Notes: generated by a model from the letters alone, not told the origin. A stretch of 64,000 nt of DNA from a virus (IMGVR_UViG_3300024341_000001); one strand, 5' to 3'. Positions 1-9,775 are shown, counted from the stretch's first letter. Numbers and translations are program-made.

Positions 1-314
1 GCCCGGAACTCCCGATTATCTACACCACAGATAACAAAGTCGTAAGGATCGAACTCTTTTTTTGTATTTATATATTTTTTCTTAAATGCCATGCCATAAC
101 GCTTACCCAGTACTTCGGCTTTATTTTCCAATTGATCTTCAAATTGAAAATTTTGATAAGGTAAATTTTTCTTTTCTACCTCATCACCATCAAATACGGT
201 AAATTCCCAAAATAACGGTATTTGTTCTTTCGTGATCAAATCCGCTATTAGCTGTATAAGCCAAGAATTTATACCTCCGGCCCCAGCTATCATAACGTTT
301 ACACGCTTTGGCAT
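1..314 (-). CDS. ThiF/MoeB/E1-like adenylating enzyme (partial, runs off window)
   Basis: Not in ORF track. Manual translation MPKRVNVMIAGAGGINSWL...TVFDGDEVEKKNLPYQ...NKAEVL...DFVICGVDNREFR has the GxGG, D-x-D-x-V-E-x-x-N-L-x-x-Q and D-N motifs of ThiF. ATG at 312-314 abuts the upstream stop. Confidence 0.9.
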   Translation of the reverse strand, partial: MPKRVNVMIAGAGGINSWLIQLIADLITKEQIPLFWEFTVFDGDEVEKKNLPYQNFQFEDQLENKAEVLGKRYGMAFKKKYINTKKEFDPYDFVICGVDNREFR

Positions 315-524
315 TTAACCGCCTAATGTTGTATGAGTAAGTGTTATTATTTGTGCTTGCTGCAATTGTTCCAATGTTACTGTTTTTGCATTTACTTCCT
401 GTCCATCCAAAAACAGCCAACGATGGTTACGCTCTACTATTGTTTGTATATCTTTAAGAGCTTCTTCATCGTTCTTTTCACGGATATCCATACCCGTTGA
501 TGTTATAAGTTGATATTTTATCAT
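315..524 (-). CDS. Ubiquitin-like / ThiS-MoaD-like small protein ending in GG
   Basis: 69 aa, ends TTLGG-stop, has a WLFLDG segment, lies directly upstream of the ThiF gene. Confidence 0.7.
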   Translation of the reverse strand: MIKYQLITSTGMDIREKNDEEALKDIQTIVERNHRWLFLDGQEVNAKTVTLEQLQQAQIITLTHTTLGG

Positions 525-2464
525 TTAGTTTGTAAAGTTGTAATTTCATTAGCCAATCTAGAATCATTTGCTAACGCAAACATTCTATTAACTAATCGTG
601 CGATATTTGCATGCTCATTTTGTCCTTTGTCAACCATGCATAAATATTTCCCACTTGGATATTCAAAAACTCTTATTGTAGAAGTCTCTACAATATATTC
701 TCTTAATTTACCTTTAACAGTGTAACCACTGACGACCCGCCCGTTGTCTAGTAAAGCATCTTCCATTTTTTGACAGTTAAATAAAGCAATAGTCTGTGAA
801 AGCATTTCTTGTTCTTTAGTGCGTTCCTCAGCCCATACCTTACGCCCAGTCTCGATAATATATTTGATGTCGGATCCAGTAATTCCTACTATATCCGGAT
901 CTACTAATATATCAATTATTCGACTCATTGAGGTTACACCGATCAAATTGAGCAGCTTGTTGGAGTCTTTTACCACATATTTTGATTTGTCTCCAAATGA
1001 GATATAATTTCTATTTTTATCTCTTTCCAATCCAATTTTGAAGTCAACGGTTTCCCCAGTTATTTCGTCGAGTGCTTGTAATATTATACCGGCTGCTATC
1101 GCGCGATGATATCTTAGTGAACACTTACTAACGCTTTCCAGGTAGTTATCGTAGTCCTCATCTTTATTGTAACATAGCGCTCTCGGTAATACGTCGACAA
1201 GTTCGTCTTTATTTATGCGGTAGTCATTTATATAGTTGGTGACCATTGTGGTTCCGGCTGAATTTACCTTTTTACGAACTTCCAAAGTAACATTAATGTT
1301 CCCAATCTGCATTTTCACTCTGCCGGAATTTTGTGCTTCCGTAATTACTGTTTTGCAGAATGCAGTAAATATATTCTCAAAATTGAACGAATCATCCCGA
1401 AGATTGCGTATAAAGTTACCAAGGAGATATTTAACTTTCACATTATTACTTTTTATTATATGAGATTCATATTCAATAGAATGCGCTTTAAATGTTACGT
1501 CATTAAACGTGAACTCTCCACCAGTTTCTAATTCAGCTATCTTATCAGTGAGTTTCTTTTGTATTCCGGCTTGTGCCTTTTCTACTACCGCATCTTCTAT
1601 TTTCTTTCGTTCATCACGCTTTGCTATCATAGTTAGAGTGGAATTTTCAATTACAATATGTTCATGGCCACGTATATATTTATTTAATGCTTCTTCTTCG
1701 GGAAATTCAGGATCGGGGCCAATATAGAATACCTTAGGTTGGCCAGTCTTCTCATTCTCATTACTACAATACCTATCAGGGTCAGTCCAATTATATGAAG
1801 CATTATCCGGTTTTGTAATATAGAATTTTATGGAGTAACCAATCATAGTTGTTCTACAGCCATGATTTACTTCTGCATATAAAGCTATTCTGGTATCATC
1901 CATTAATTGTATAACGTCTACAATATAATGAATGTAGTCAGGCAATTTTTCATATTTATTAGGATCATTAAATAATGATGGTTTATATTGATCTAGTTTA
2001 TTACAAAGCCAATATAGAGTTTCTATTTTTATTTGTGTCAAAGCAAAGTTACTAAGAAATGACGGTAAGTCATTATCTAGAATGTGTTGTTTTAGATCGT
2101 CTAGGGTCGAAAACTCTTTTGCTTGTTGTTCTTTATTTCCAATGTCCCCGATAATATTAATATATTTTATATCTTCCTGCTTTGGTACGAATTTTAAATA
2201 ATATCGCGCATTGCGTAATTTAAATAATTTATATCCAAATTTTTTAGCAGTTGCGTCCGGTAGTTCAAGATATAAGGCATCATCATACCCGTTAAAACGT
2301 AATACCAAATCCTTATTATTTGGTCCGGAGTTATAAATATATGTAAGATTTGAGCCTTTAAACATTGTGAATAAAGCGTCAAATAAATCACGCTCTATTT
2401 CTGTTATATTAAGGCCATAAATGTCGTTATAAATCTGTAGGTTTTTTATTAATATTTTACTCAT
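521..2464 (-). CDS. Large hypothetical protein translationally coupled to the Ubl gene
   Basis: 647-aa ORF whose stop overlaps the Ubl start; no family recognised. Confidence 0.75.
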   Translation of the reverse strand: MSKILIKNLQIYNDIYGLNITEIERDLFDALFTMFKGSNLTYIYNSGPNNKDLVLRFNGYDDALYLELPDATAKKFGYKLFKLRNARYYLKFVPKQEDIKYINIIGDIGNKEQQAKEFSTLDDLKQHILDNDLPSFLSNFALTQIKIETLYWLCNKLDQYKPSLFNDPNKYEKLPDYIHYIVDVIQLMDDTRIALYAEVNHGCRTTMIGYSIKFYITKPDNASYNWTDPDRYCSNENEKTGQPKVFYIGPDPEFPEEEALNKYIRGHEHIVIENSTLTMIAKRDERKKIEDAVVEKAQAGIQKKLTDKIAELETGGEFTFNDVTFKAHSIEYESHIIKSNNVKVKYLLGNFIRNLRDDSFNFENIFTAFCKTVITEAQNSGRVKMQIGNINVTLEVRKKVNSAGTTMVTNYINDYRINKDELVDVLPRALCYNKDEDYDNYLESVSKCSLRYHRAIAAGIILQALDEITGETVDFKIGLERDKNRNYISFGDKSKYVVKDSNKLLNLIGVTSMSRIIDILVDPDIVGITGSDIKYIIETGRKVWAEERTKEQEMLSQTIALFNCQKMEDALLDNGRVVSGYTVKGKLREYIVETSTIRVFEYPSGKYLCMVDKGQNEHANIARLVNRMFALANDSRLANEITTLQTK

Positions 2465-2472
2465 AATGCTTG

Positions 2473-2563
2473 CGGAGAGTACAGGATTCGAACCTGTGGC
2501 CAGTCTTTCGACTGGCGACGGTTTAGCAAACCGTTAGTTTAAACCGGACTCACTCAACTCTCC
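2473..2563 (-). tRNA. tRNA-Ser(GCT)
   Basis: Cloverleaf, loop TTGCTAA, long variable arm, G73. Confidence 0.95.
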
Positions 2564-2992
2564 TTATTGATAATCCTTTGTTTGTATAATACCAAATTTA
2601 TGGAAATATCGCAATGGTCTCCATTTATGGCCATTAACATAAAATCCCCATTTATGATAAGGTCGTCCACATAGTAATAATGTCCATGCACCACCTTTTG
2701 GTATATCCAGATAATGCTTTTTTAACGCAGTAGATTTCCAAATTGAAAAGGCTTTTACATTGAAACTACCTTCTGGTGTGACATTAGTATAATGACCTTT
2801 TAATACTATCGATATGAAATTACATGCATGATCATGAAAGAATCTCCTGTCATCAGATTTCATCCAATGGTGTAATCGTACAGAATATCCAAATATTAAT
2901 AATGTCCATCTATGTAAATATGGACAGTCAGGATATCCTAATTTTTCTTTCCATCTTATTTGGAATAAACGAAATTTTCGGTAGGGTTTCAT
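2564..2992 (-). CDS. Cupin-like phage protein
   Basis: LHHWMKSDDRRFFHDH motif typical of phage cupin-fold proteins. Confidence 0.6.
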   Translation of the reverse strand: MKPYRKFRLFQIRWKEKLGYPDCPYLHRWTLLIFGYSVRLHHWMKSDDRRFFHDHACNFISIVLKGHYTNVTPEGSFNVKAFSIWKSTALKKHYLDIPKGGAWTLLLCGRPYHKWGFYVNGHKWRPLRYFHKFGIIQTKDYQ

Positions 2993-2993
2993 T

Positions 2994-3069
2994 GTCCACG
3001 GAACAGGACTCGAACCATGTAGTCTCTGACAGGTAATGCCAGTATCTTGCCAATTAAACGATCCGTGGA
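2994..3069 (-). tRNA. Atypical or degenerate tRNA, anticodon TAC
   Basis: Acceptor TCCACGGA/TCCGTGGA, anticodon stem CTGGC/GTCAG, loop ATTACCT (C37), bulged T-stem. Confidence 0.5.
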
Positions 3070-3177
3070 TACGACGTTTTTAACAGTCAAGCTGCAGGAA
3101 ACGTCGACAACCCGGAGGGATTACTCCCCGCCGCCACCTAGTTTTAATAAACTAGGAAACAACAAATTCTTATACCA

Positions 3178-3807
3178 TTACTTTATTTTGTGCAACAAAA
3201 AATGCTTCCAATCCGCATGTCGTACTTCACGAATCAAAGAACTTATAGCAACAGGCCTGGGCTTGGCAGGTTGTTTTATTAACTTTAAACCTACTTCTTT
3301 ATTTAATCTATTACCTTTTTTAAAGTTAATATCTTTATGTGTTAATACCATATTGTCCCAAGTATGTTTACCACCTTTCGATACTGGCACAACATGATCT
3401 ATCGACATCTCAGCGGGAGCGAGTTTCCTTCCGGTGTATTGATCAGTAAATTCATCTCGTTCTTGGATCTGACGTGTGGTAGGATAAGTACCATATGCAA
3501 TAATAGGCATGGCGTCAAAATGTCTTGCTATAAGAACCGTTGGTGCCCGCACAGTAATACTTGGTGAATGCAGTGGTATGTCCCATGGTCGTACGGGTAA
3601 TTGTATCCAATTATCCCATGTAACAGGATTCATACTTATAGGCTTATCGAGATCTGGTTGACCTTCAACAAGTTCATATTGAATGTCAAGTGCATAACAG
3701 TTTATGTCAGCACATAAATCTACAACAGCCTTAGCGATCGTAGAAAATCCTACGGGCATCCAAGATCTATTTAACTTTAATACTAAAATTTTGTCCATTA
3801 TTGACAT
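3178..3807 (-). CDS. HNH endonuclease (McrA-like)
   Basis: SIDHVVPVSKGGKHTWDNMV...INFKKGN and N-terminal VLKLNRSWMP. Confidence 0.9.
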   Translation of the reverse strand: MSIMDKILVLKLNRSWMPVGFSTIAKAVVDLCADINCYALDIQYELVEGQPDLDKPISMNPVTWDNWIQLPVRPWDIPLHSPSITVRAPTVLIARHFDAMPIIAYGTYPTTRQIQERDEFTDQYTGRKLAPAEMSIDHVVPVSKGGKHTWDNMVLTHKDINFKKGNRLNKEVGLKLIKQPAKPRPVAISSLIREVRHADWKHFLLHKIK

Positions 3808-3823
3808 ATGATTTCTCCTTTCG

Positions 3824-3905
3824 TAGAGGTAGAGGGACTTGAACCCTCAAGGCTTTCGCGGCAGATTATGATTCTGCTGGGATGCCCAGTTACCCACATA
3901 CCTCT
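3824..3905 (-). tRNA. Leu-type (long variable arm, A73) tRNA with CAT anticodon
   Basis: Stem GCAGA/TCTGC, loop ATCATAA; variable arm CGCGAAAGC identical to that of tRNA-Leu(CAA) at 29425. Confidence 0.75.
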
Positions 3906-3919
3906 AATAAATATATAAA

Positions 3920-4558
3920 CTATAGATTGTAAGTAACAATAACACTGCTTTCTTCGGCAGTTGGATTAACATAATATGTAACAACAAGTTTTTTATATTG
4001 ATGGCTCATTCCAACATTTATAACATGCAATCCTTTTTCAGTATTATAGAAAAAGGCTTTTCCTATGGCGGCACCTATAAAGAAGGATAATTGGCCGGAT
4101 TCGGCAGGTAATCGGATAATTCGGTTGATTTGTAAGTATTTGCTGTGTGTAGTGTCGTTGTAAACATTACCTGTCGCCATAAATTCAAACCCCGCATAAT
4201 TGTACCTTCCTCCGATTTCAATAAAATGTGCGCCCAGATTTTTATTGGCAAAGTTCCCATATTTATTGGCGGGATACGGATAGTAATAGTCGCAAAGCCA
4301 AATTGACCCGTCATTGACCAAACTCCAAGCGAATGTAACAGTATTTTCGGAGAAGCGTTCAGATATACTTGCATCTGCGGTAATATTGGCGATAAAGTTT
4401 TTGGTAGAATATTCAAGATAGCCTCCAATTGTAGGTGTTGCACACAGCTGTATACCTTTTATTACATACTGTGATTTGAAACAAGCACCAGAATTAAATT
4501 GCGCTTGTCCGATAGATATAAATAACAATAAAAATAAAAAAATAAATATGCGTTTCAT
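3920..4558 (-). CDS. Putative outer-membrane beta-barrel protein
   Basis: Signal peptide MKRIFIFLFLLLFISIGQA followed by aromatic amphipathic strands. Confidence 0.55.
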   Translation of the reverse strand: MKRIFIFLFLLLFISIGQAQFNSGACFKSQYVIKGIQLCATPTIGGYLEYSTKNFIANITADASISERFSENTVTFAWSLVNDGSIWLCDYYYPYPANKYGNFANKNLGAHFIEIGGRYNYAGFEFMATGNVYNDTTHSKYLQINRIIRLPAESGQLSFFIGAAIGKAFFYNTEKGLHVINVGMSHQYKKLVVTYYVNPTAEESSVIVTYNL

Positions 4559-4594
4559 ATTGTTCCTTATATAATGATTATTGTTCGCTATTTA

Positions 4595-5389
4595 TTAAAG
4601 TGTTTTAAATTGTTCTTTTATCATCTTCGCAAATGACGTGAATACTGGCGAAGATGATAAATCTGTTTGCCAGGCCAACCCATTTTCTACAAGATCATAA
4701 GTATGTTTAATATAAGCTCCTGGTATTGCTTTGTTGTTTTCATCACGATCGCGCCCCATTAACCACAGAATATCGGAGACTTTAATAGCTGCCCGATGAT
4801 CGTGTGTGATTACTATAATGGTATTTAATTCATGTAGGTTTGCGACTTCGGTTATTAATGTACAGATTTCATCTATCATTAAAGGATCAAGTCCAGAAAA
4901 GGGTTCATCCATCAATAAAAAATGTTCGCTACATAGTAATTGTTGTATGATGGCTATTCGTTGCCGCTGTCCTCCAGATAACTGTGATGGGTATAAATGT
5001 GTCTGTGCTTTTAAATCAAACCGCTCCAGAAATATACGTGCTTTTTCAGGAGTATCCTTTCTATTTCGCCCAGCCAACAGTAAATTGGAAATAACTGTGC
5101 GATGTGCGAAGAGAGGATAGTTCTGAGCTACGACGCCAACACTGCCGGGGGTTACTTCTATATTTTTCTCAGTGATACGAACTGTTCCTGTCGTGGGCTT
5201 CTGCAGACCAGATAGTATACGAAATAGTTGAGTTTTGCCTATTCCTGATGGGCCCAATAATCCTACAACTTGCCCATGTCCGACGTTATTTTTAATTTCG
5301 CCGTTTACATTTTTGAGAATCTGTCGATTGCCGTATGTTAAAGAAACGTTTTCTATACGAAGCAAAGTTTCTTTTGTTATCCGTTTCAT
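4595..5389 (-). CDS. ABC transporter ATP-binding protein (NitT/TauT type)
   Basis: GPSGIGKT, LSGGQRQR, LLMDEPF; start at 5389 overlaps the permease stop. Confidence 0.95.
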   Translation of the reverse strand: MKRITKETLLRIENVSLTYGNRQILKNVNGEIKNNVGHGQVVGLLGPSGIGKTQLFRILSGLQKPTTGTVRITEKNIEVTPGSVGVVAQNYPLFAHRTVISNLLLAGRNRKDTPEKARIFLERFDLKAQTHLYPSQLSGGQRQRIAIIQQLLCSEHFLLMDEPFSGLDPLMIDEICTLITEVANLHELNTIIVITHDHRAAIKVSDILWLMGRDRDENNKAIPGAYIKHTYDLVENGLAWQTDLSSSPVFTSFAKMIKEQFKTL

Positions 5390-6171
5390 GTTCTTTCCCT
5401 CGTAATAAATGCGTATGGACAAATAGTTTTATTTAGAGCACCGATAGCATAATCAATAAATAAACCTAATACAAAGATAGTTATTTGAATAGCAAAAATA
5501 TCTGCTAATTCAAAATGTTTGTTACTATCAAGTAAAAATTTACCTACACCGCCCTCGGATCTAGCAACTCCTTCAACCATAGTAAGCATCATCCATCCCA
5601 TAGCAAAGTTTTGTTGTAATACCTCGATTGCATCGCTAGCGCGCCCCAAAACAATGATTTCAAATACTGCGCGCCATTCGTTCATTTGTAATGTACGTGC
5701 ATAGTCGAACTCACTTTTTGGAATTGCTTCTATAACCGCCATCATTGAAGTGACGAAAAACACGGACATACCAAATACTTCCAACATCAATTTAAGTTGG
5801 TGCCCACCACTAGCGATTAACGTAAATAAAAATGTAAAACCAACTAGTCCTAAAAAACGACCTTTTGTCACAAACATTGCTATAGGTCTGAAAAAAGGCA
5901 TTACTGTTGCATATGTCAATCCTAATGAAACGATCAATGTAATACCTATCGCTTGCAAACATAAAATAAAACTTGTGATAAGTTCTTGCCCGAAACCATT
6001 GTACCATATCTTGCTAAAGCTAGCTAAAACTTCTAATGGTTTAGGAACCACGTATGAGGGCCAAATCCACCATACTGCAACAGCTATGGCAAGTTGAATT
6101 GCTGCCATAGAAGTCATAATTGATTTGGACATAACCTTGTTTGGTGAAAACATTTCCAATGTAAGGTTCAT
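5386..6171 (-). CDS. ABC transporter permease (NitT/TauT type)
   Basis: Multiple TM segments, PKPLEV and EFDYARTLQM EAA-like loop. Confidence 0.9.
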   Translation of the reverse strand: MNLTLEMFSPNKVMSKSIMTSMAAIQLAIAVAVWWIWPSYVVPKPLEVLASFSKIWYNGFGQELITSFILCLQAIGITLIVSLGLTYATVMPFFRPIAMFVTKGRFLGLVGFTFLFTLIASGGHQLKLMLEVFGMSVFFVTSMMAVIEAIPKSEFDYARTLQMNEWRAVFEIIVLGRASDAIEVLQQNFAMGWMMLTMVEGVARSEGGVGKFLLDSNKHFELADIFAIQITIFVLGLFIDYAIGALNKTICPYAFITRERT

Positions 6172-6189
6172 TTTATTCCTTGAATTAGA

Positions 6190-6216
6190 GCAACCGCCAG
6201 GATTACTGACGGTTGC
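6190..6216 (-). terminator. Intercistronic stem-loop after the binding-protein gene
   Basis: GCAACCGTCAG-TAATC-CTGGCGGTTGC hairpin with no U tract; may stabilise mRNA rather than terminate. Confidence 0.5.
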
Positions 6217-6240
6217 CCGAAATTTTTGATTACTTGTGAA

Positions 6241-8031
6241 TTACTCTGTGCCAGTTACTATTTCGACACGTCTGTTTTTGGCACGTCCTGTCTCTGTATC
6301 ATTGTCAGCCACTGGCCGGGTTTGACCGTGTGCAACAATATTTAATCGACCTTCCGGGAATAAATCTTGGTATTTCCCTTCAAGCCAATACTGTACAGCT
6401 TGTGCGCGATCTGCCGATAAACGCATATTTCCTTCAGGAGTACCAGTATTATCAGTATGTCCATGAATTACAGCTTTCAATGACAAGCTGACCGCAAGCT
6501 CATCTTTTAATGCTTCGAGAGTGTTCTCTTGGCCTGCACGTATAGCTGATCTACCGATTTCGAATTGAATACTATATTTACGTTTGCCGACAACTTCTTT
6601 TAAGGTACTTCCCTTTTTGAACGTAAAACGATCTGCCGTAGAGGTATTTGTGTTGGTTTCTTTTGCAACAGCTAATACATACGAACCATCGATAGCGATT
6701 TCTGGCGCTGGTACGCTTGGTACAAGTTTTGGATATTGCTGAATTACAACATTACCAAATGCGACGTAGGTAGATTTAAATAATCCCGAAGGACCAAACA
6801 AAAGTACCATATCTGCAATATTGTTTGGTTTTGAACCGCCTAATTGCACTACTGAACCGTGTTTATTTAGTTCTTCTGTACCATCATGATATCGTAACCA
6901 GTATTCAGCATCCTTCTCCTTATATACACTGGCCGAGATTTCTGCTGCGCGTTGTTTTGCGGCATCGTATCTTTTTATTTGATCTCCGGCTTCGCCAATA
7001 GCTCGAAGCATTCCTTCAACCATTTTACGATTGTCTTTGCACCACACATCGATCCCAATAATAGCATTTGGCATTTGCCCCGCATATTCACGTGTGCTTA
7101 CGATATTTATGATATCTTGGTCGCATTGTTCGACGACATTCACATCACCAGGAGTCCAAGTAACTGTACCTTGAACTTTGATACGTTGTGTTTTTCCAGT
7201 TTTCTTGCCATTAATAACTACTGGACGATCTTCTTCATATCCCGCAATTAATTTAGCTGGCGCATCTAAAAAGTCATTAGCAGCAACCCAATTTACAGCA
7301 TTAGGATCGTAAGTGGTTTCATCAGGATTATTTGGAATGCCGTTGTCACCAGTATATTTCATTGCAATATTCCAGTCGCCATCTCGTAGATAACCGGATA
7401 TGACACAACCGCGCATAGACCCAGGATTCTTTTTCCACTCCGGTGGCCCCATCAATTTATCTTCACCATAAGAATAACCGGCTGAACCTATGACTTTAGC
7501 ACGATATTCAGTGCCGAGTTTTTCTAGTACTGGATTGAGTGCGGCTATAAATTGTGCAGCACCATCTCCCATTACAGCAACAAATGCAGGTTTTTCTGAT
7601 GGATATGGATTTCCGTCTTTGAGCTCAGTTGCAAATGCCACTAGGTCTGCCTTCATTTTTTCACAATCATCTTGTCGCTCTAGTGTAATATTAACCCCGT
7701 ACTTTTCCATAAGCGACCCCGATGTGGTAACAATACCACCATTGGCAAGCATCAGAGAAAACTGTGAATTCCAGGCCATTATTTCATACTTGAAAGTTGT
7801 GTTTGTAGCAGGTGCTGGGTCTGCCGACGGAAGCGGAAGTTCCGCTGCAATACTTTTTGTATTTGCAATATTTCCCAGATTTACCCTTTTTGCTACAACT
7901 GCCTTGGCGGGTTCTTTGCCGGGAATATATTGGTTAAGAGGTCCAAAAAATAACAAATAGAATAATGTTCCAACTATTGCCATAATAATAAGCAGCCTTC
8001 CGGCTGGGCGTATTCCGGTTCCTTCGTTCAT
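6241..8031 (-). CDS. ABC substrate-binding protein fused to C-terminal OmpA domain
   Basis: N-terminal TM, PBP2-like core, OmpA motifs GHTDNTG..NMRLSADRA..V and GRAKNRRVEI. Confidence 0.9.
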   Translation of the reverse strand: MNEGTGIRPAGRLLIIMAIVGTLFYLLFFGPLNQYIPGKEPAKAVVAKRVNLGNIANTKSIAAELPLPSADPAPATNTTFKYEIMAWNSQFSLMLANGGIVTTSGSLMEKYGVNITLERQDDCEKMKADLVAFATELKDGNPYPSEKPAFVAVMGDGAAQFIAALNPVLEKLGTEYRAKVIGSAGYSYGEDKLMGPPEWKKNPGSMRGCVISGYLRDGDWNIAMKYTGDNGIPNNPDETTYDPNAVNWVAANDFLDAPAKLIAGYEEDRPVVINGKKTGKTQRIKVQGTVTWTPGDVNVVEQCDQDIINIVSTREYAGQMPNAIIGIDVWCKDNRKMVEGMLRAIGEAGDQIKRYDAAKQRAAEISASVYKEKDAEYWLRYHDGTEELNKHGSVVQLGGSKPNNIADMVLLFGPSGLFKSTYVAFGNVVIQQYPKLVPSVPAPEIAIDGSYVLAVAKETNTNTSTADRFTFKKGSTLKEVVGKRKYSIQFEIGRSAIRAGQENTLEALKDELAVSLSLKAVIHGHTDNTGTPEGNMRLSADRAQAVQYWLEGKYQDLFPEGRLNIVAHGQTRPVADNDTETGRAKNRRVEIVTGTE

Positions 8032-9071
8032 GATCGATTCTTTCGTAAATATTTGGATGTTGTGGTTGATTGTGATTTTGATTCTATTGGCACTTGTTGC
8101 GCCGAGGGTAATTCGTTTAACAAAGGAGCGAGTTCTTCATTACCGACAAGTAATGCTTTTGTGTCGCCTAGCAACAAACTATCTACTTTGCTTTCCCATA
8201 ATTCAAGTTCCTTTAATGTGTCTGCTTCAAAGGCCATATTAGCTAGATCAACACCCTCAATAAATGGAGTTGCAACTTCCATGAATTGATCGATTTCTCC
8301 AAGTTTCTGCCCATAATCATTGAGTAGATTTTCAACTGTTTGATCATATAGCTTTTTATCATCAGATGCATCGCGAATAAAGGACATTGCCGCAGTCATG
8401 GCTTTGTGACCAGTGGTTACTGCCGCGGTTTGTCGCTCGAGAGTATCTACATTTTGTTTGATGTCTTCATACATAAATTCAGAGACTTCTCGCATCTTGT
8501 TCAACATACGCATCAAACTCTCCAGCTTTGTGTAGAGCTGCTGTAACGTGATGTTTGATTCTTTCAACCTTCCAGCACTACGTGCATTTAATACTAATGC
8601 CGCTTTTTTACCAGAAGTTTTTGCCGCCTTTGCCATCGAAATAGACCGCTGACGATCTCTCTCGTTGGTGTCAATGGTGACTTTTAATTGCCCCATCTGA
8701 CCTCGGAGATTCTTTATTTGTTTTTCAATTAAGACAAGTTTATCAGCTAATTTATCTACATAATTTTTTAATATACCGATCGGATCAATAGTAATGAAAA
8801 TCCCAGTGACCCAACGCATAATAAGTTTAAATGAACCAAAAAATAAGGTCCAAAATCGCTTACTTGTTAAGATCGTACCTACAATAACTACAGTCATAAA
8901 AAGAAACGCTGCCGTTAATGTATTTTCTAACAAACCAATAATAAATGGTAATGCTAGATTTAGTCCGTATAAAGCTGCCGCCGCTAATGCTACTGCGACA
9001 ATCATACCAAATGTGCCCTCTTTGCGTTGCCAGAATGACTTCGCGAGACCATCAGATAATCCTGGTGTCAT
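8028..9071 (-). CDS. Membrane-anchored coiled-coil protein of the ABC/OmpA cluster
   Basis: N-terminal TM helices then long coiled coil; coupled to neighbours. Confidence 0.7.
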   Translation of the reverse strand: MTPGLSDGLAKSFWQRKEGTFGMIVAVALAAAALYGLNLALPFIIGLLENTLTAAFLFMTVVIVGTILTSKRFWTLFFGSFKLIMRWVTGIFITIDPIGILKNYVDKLADKLVLIEKQIKNLRGQMGQLKVTIDTNERDRQRSISMAKAAKTSGKKAALVLNARSAGRLKESNITLQQLYTKLESLMRMLNKMREVSEFMYEDIKQNVDTLERQTAAVTTGHKAMTAAMSFIRDASDDKKLYDQTVENLLNDYGQKLGEIDQFMEVATPFIEGVDLANMAFEADTLKELELWESKVDSLLLGDTKALLVGNEELAPLLNELPSAQQVPIESKSQSTTTSKYLRKNRS

Positions 9072-9739
9072 TAACGTGCCTTTCTCTTTTGCGTTGAAGT
9101 TGTTTGTGTTGCTAGATATGTTTTTATTTTTGTTTCTTGCTCTCTAATTGCAGTACGTACCGAATCGAGCGTAGCAGTAAATACATCTTTTTGCGCAGAC
9201 AATTGTTGCTCCTCTTGTGCGGCACCAACCAATAAATCATTAGCTTGTACTTTTAGCTTCTCGATTTGATCATTTAATTCTGCAATGGTATCATCGATCT
9301 TTGCCGCTTGATGTCTTTTTGTATCAATACCTTTTTGCGATTCGGACAATTCAGCATCAAATTGCTCCGATGCCGCATCTACAGCACTGAATTTTGCGGT
9401 AATAGCATTTAATAAAATTTCTACACTTGCTTTTCCTTGTTTTTGCAAAGCAATAAAAGCAGATTTAAATCTAGCAGACTCATCGGCAATAGCTTCCGAT
9501 AATGACTCGACAAGACCATAAAAATCCGACAGGACTGATGGCGTTGCTTTATCAACATCTGCAACTATTTGTTGCAGAATTTCTTCATCAACTGTCTGAC
9601 GTCCAGGCTTAATACTTTTTTGTGCGGGCGTTGCCATTTTTTCGGGCGTGGCCAGCTGCTCATCAGCAGAAGGGGTTTCTTGCCCAGAATCTGGAGCAAA
9701 ATTCCAGAACGGGGATAGCGCCTTCTTTAGTACATTCAT
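9071..9739 (-). CDS. Coiled-coil hypothetical protein, first gene of the ABC/OmpA operon
   Basis: 222 aa with AGGAG SD upstream. Confidence 0.7.
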   Translation of the reverse strand: MNVLKKALSPFWNFAPDSGQETPSADEQLATPEKMATPAQKSIKPGRQTVDEEILQQIVADVDKATPSVLSDFYGLVESLSEAIADESARFKSAFIALQKQGKASVEILLNAITAKFSAVDAASEQFDAELSESQKGIDTKRHQAAKIDDTIAELNDQIEKLKVQANDLLVGAAQEEQQLSAQKDVFTATLDSVRTAIREQETKIKTYLATQTTSTQKRKAR

Positions 9740-9775
9740 TATATCTCCTGATATAAAGTTTTTTGTAATCGTGGC

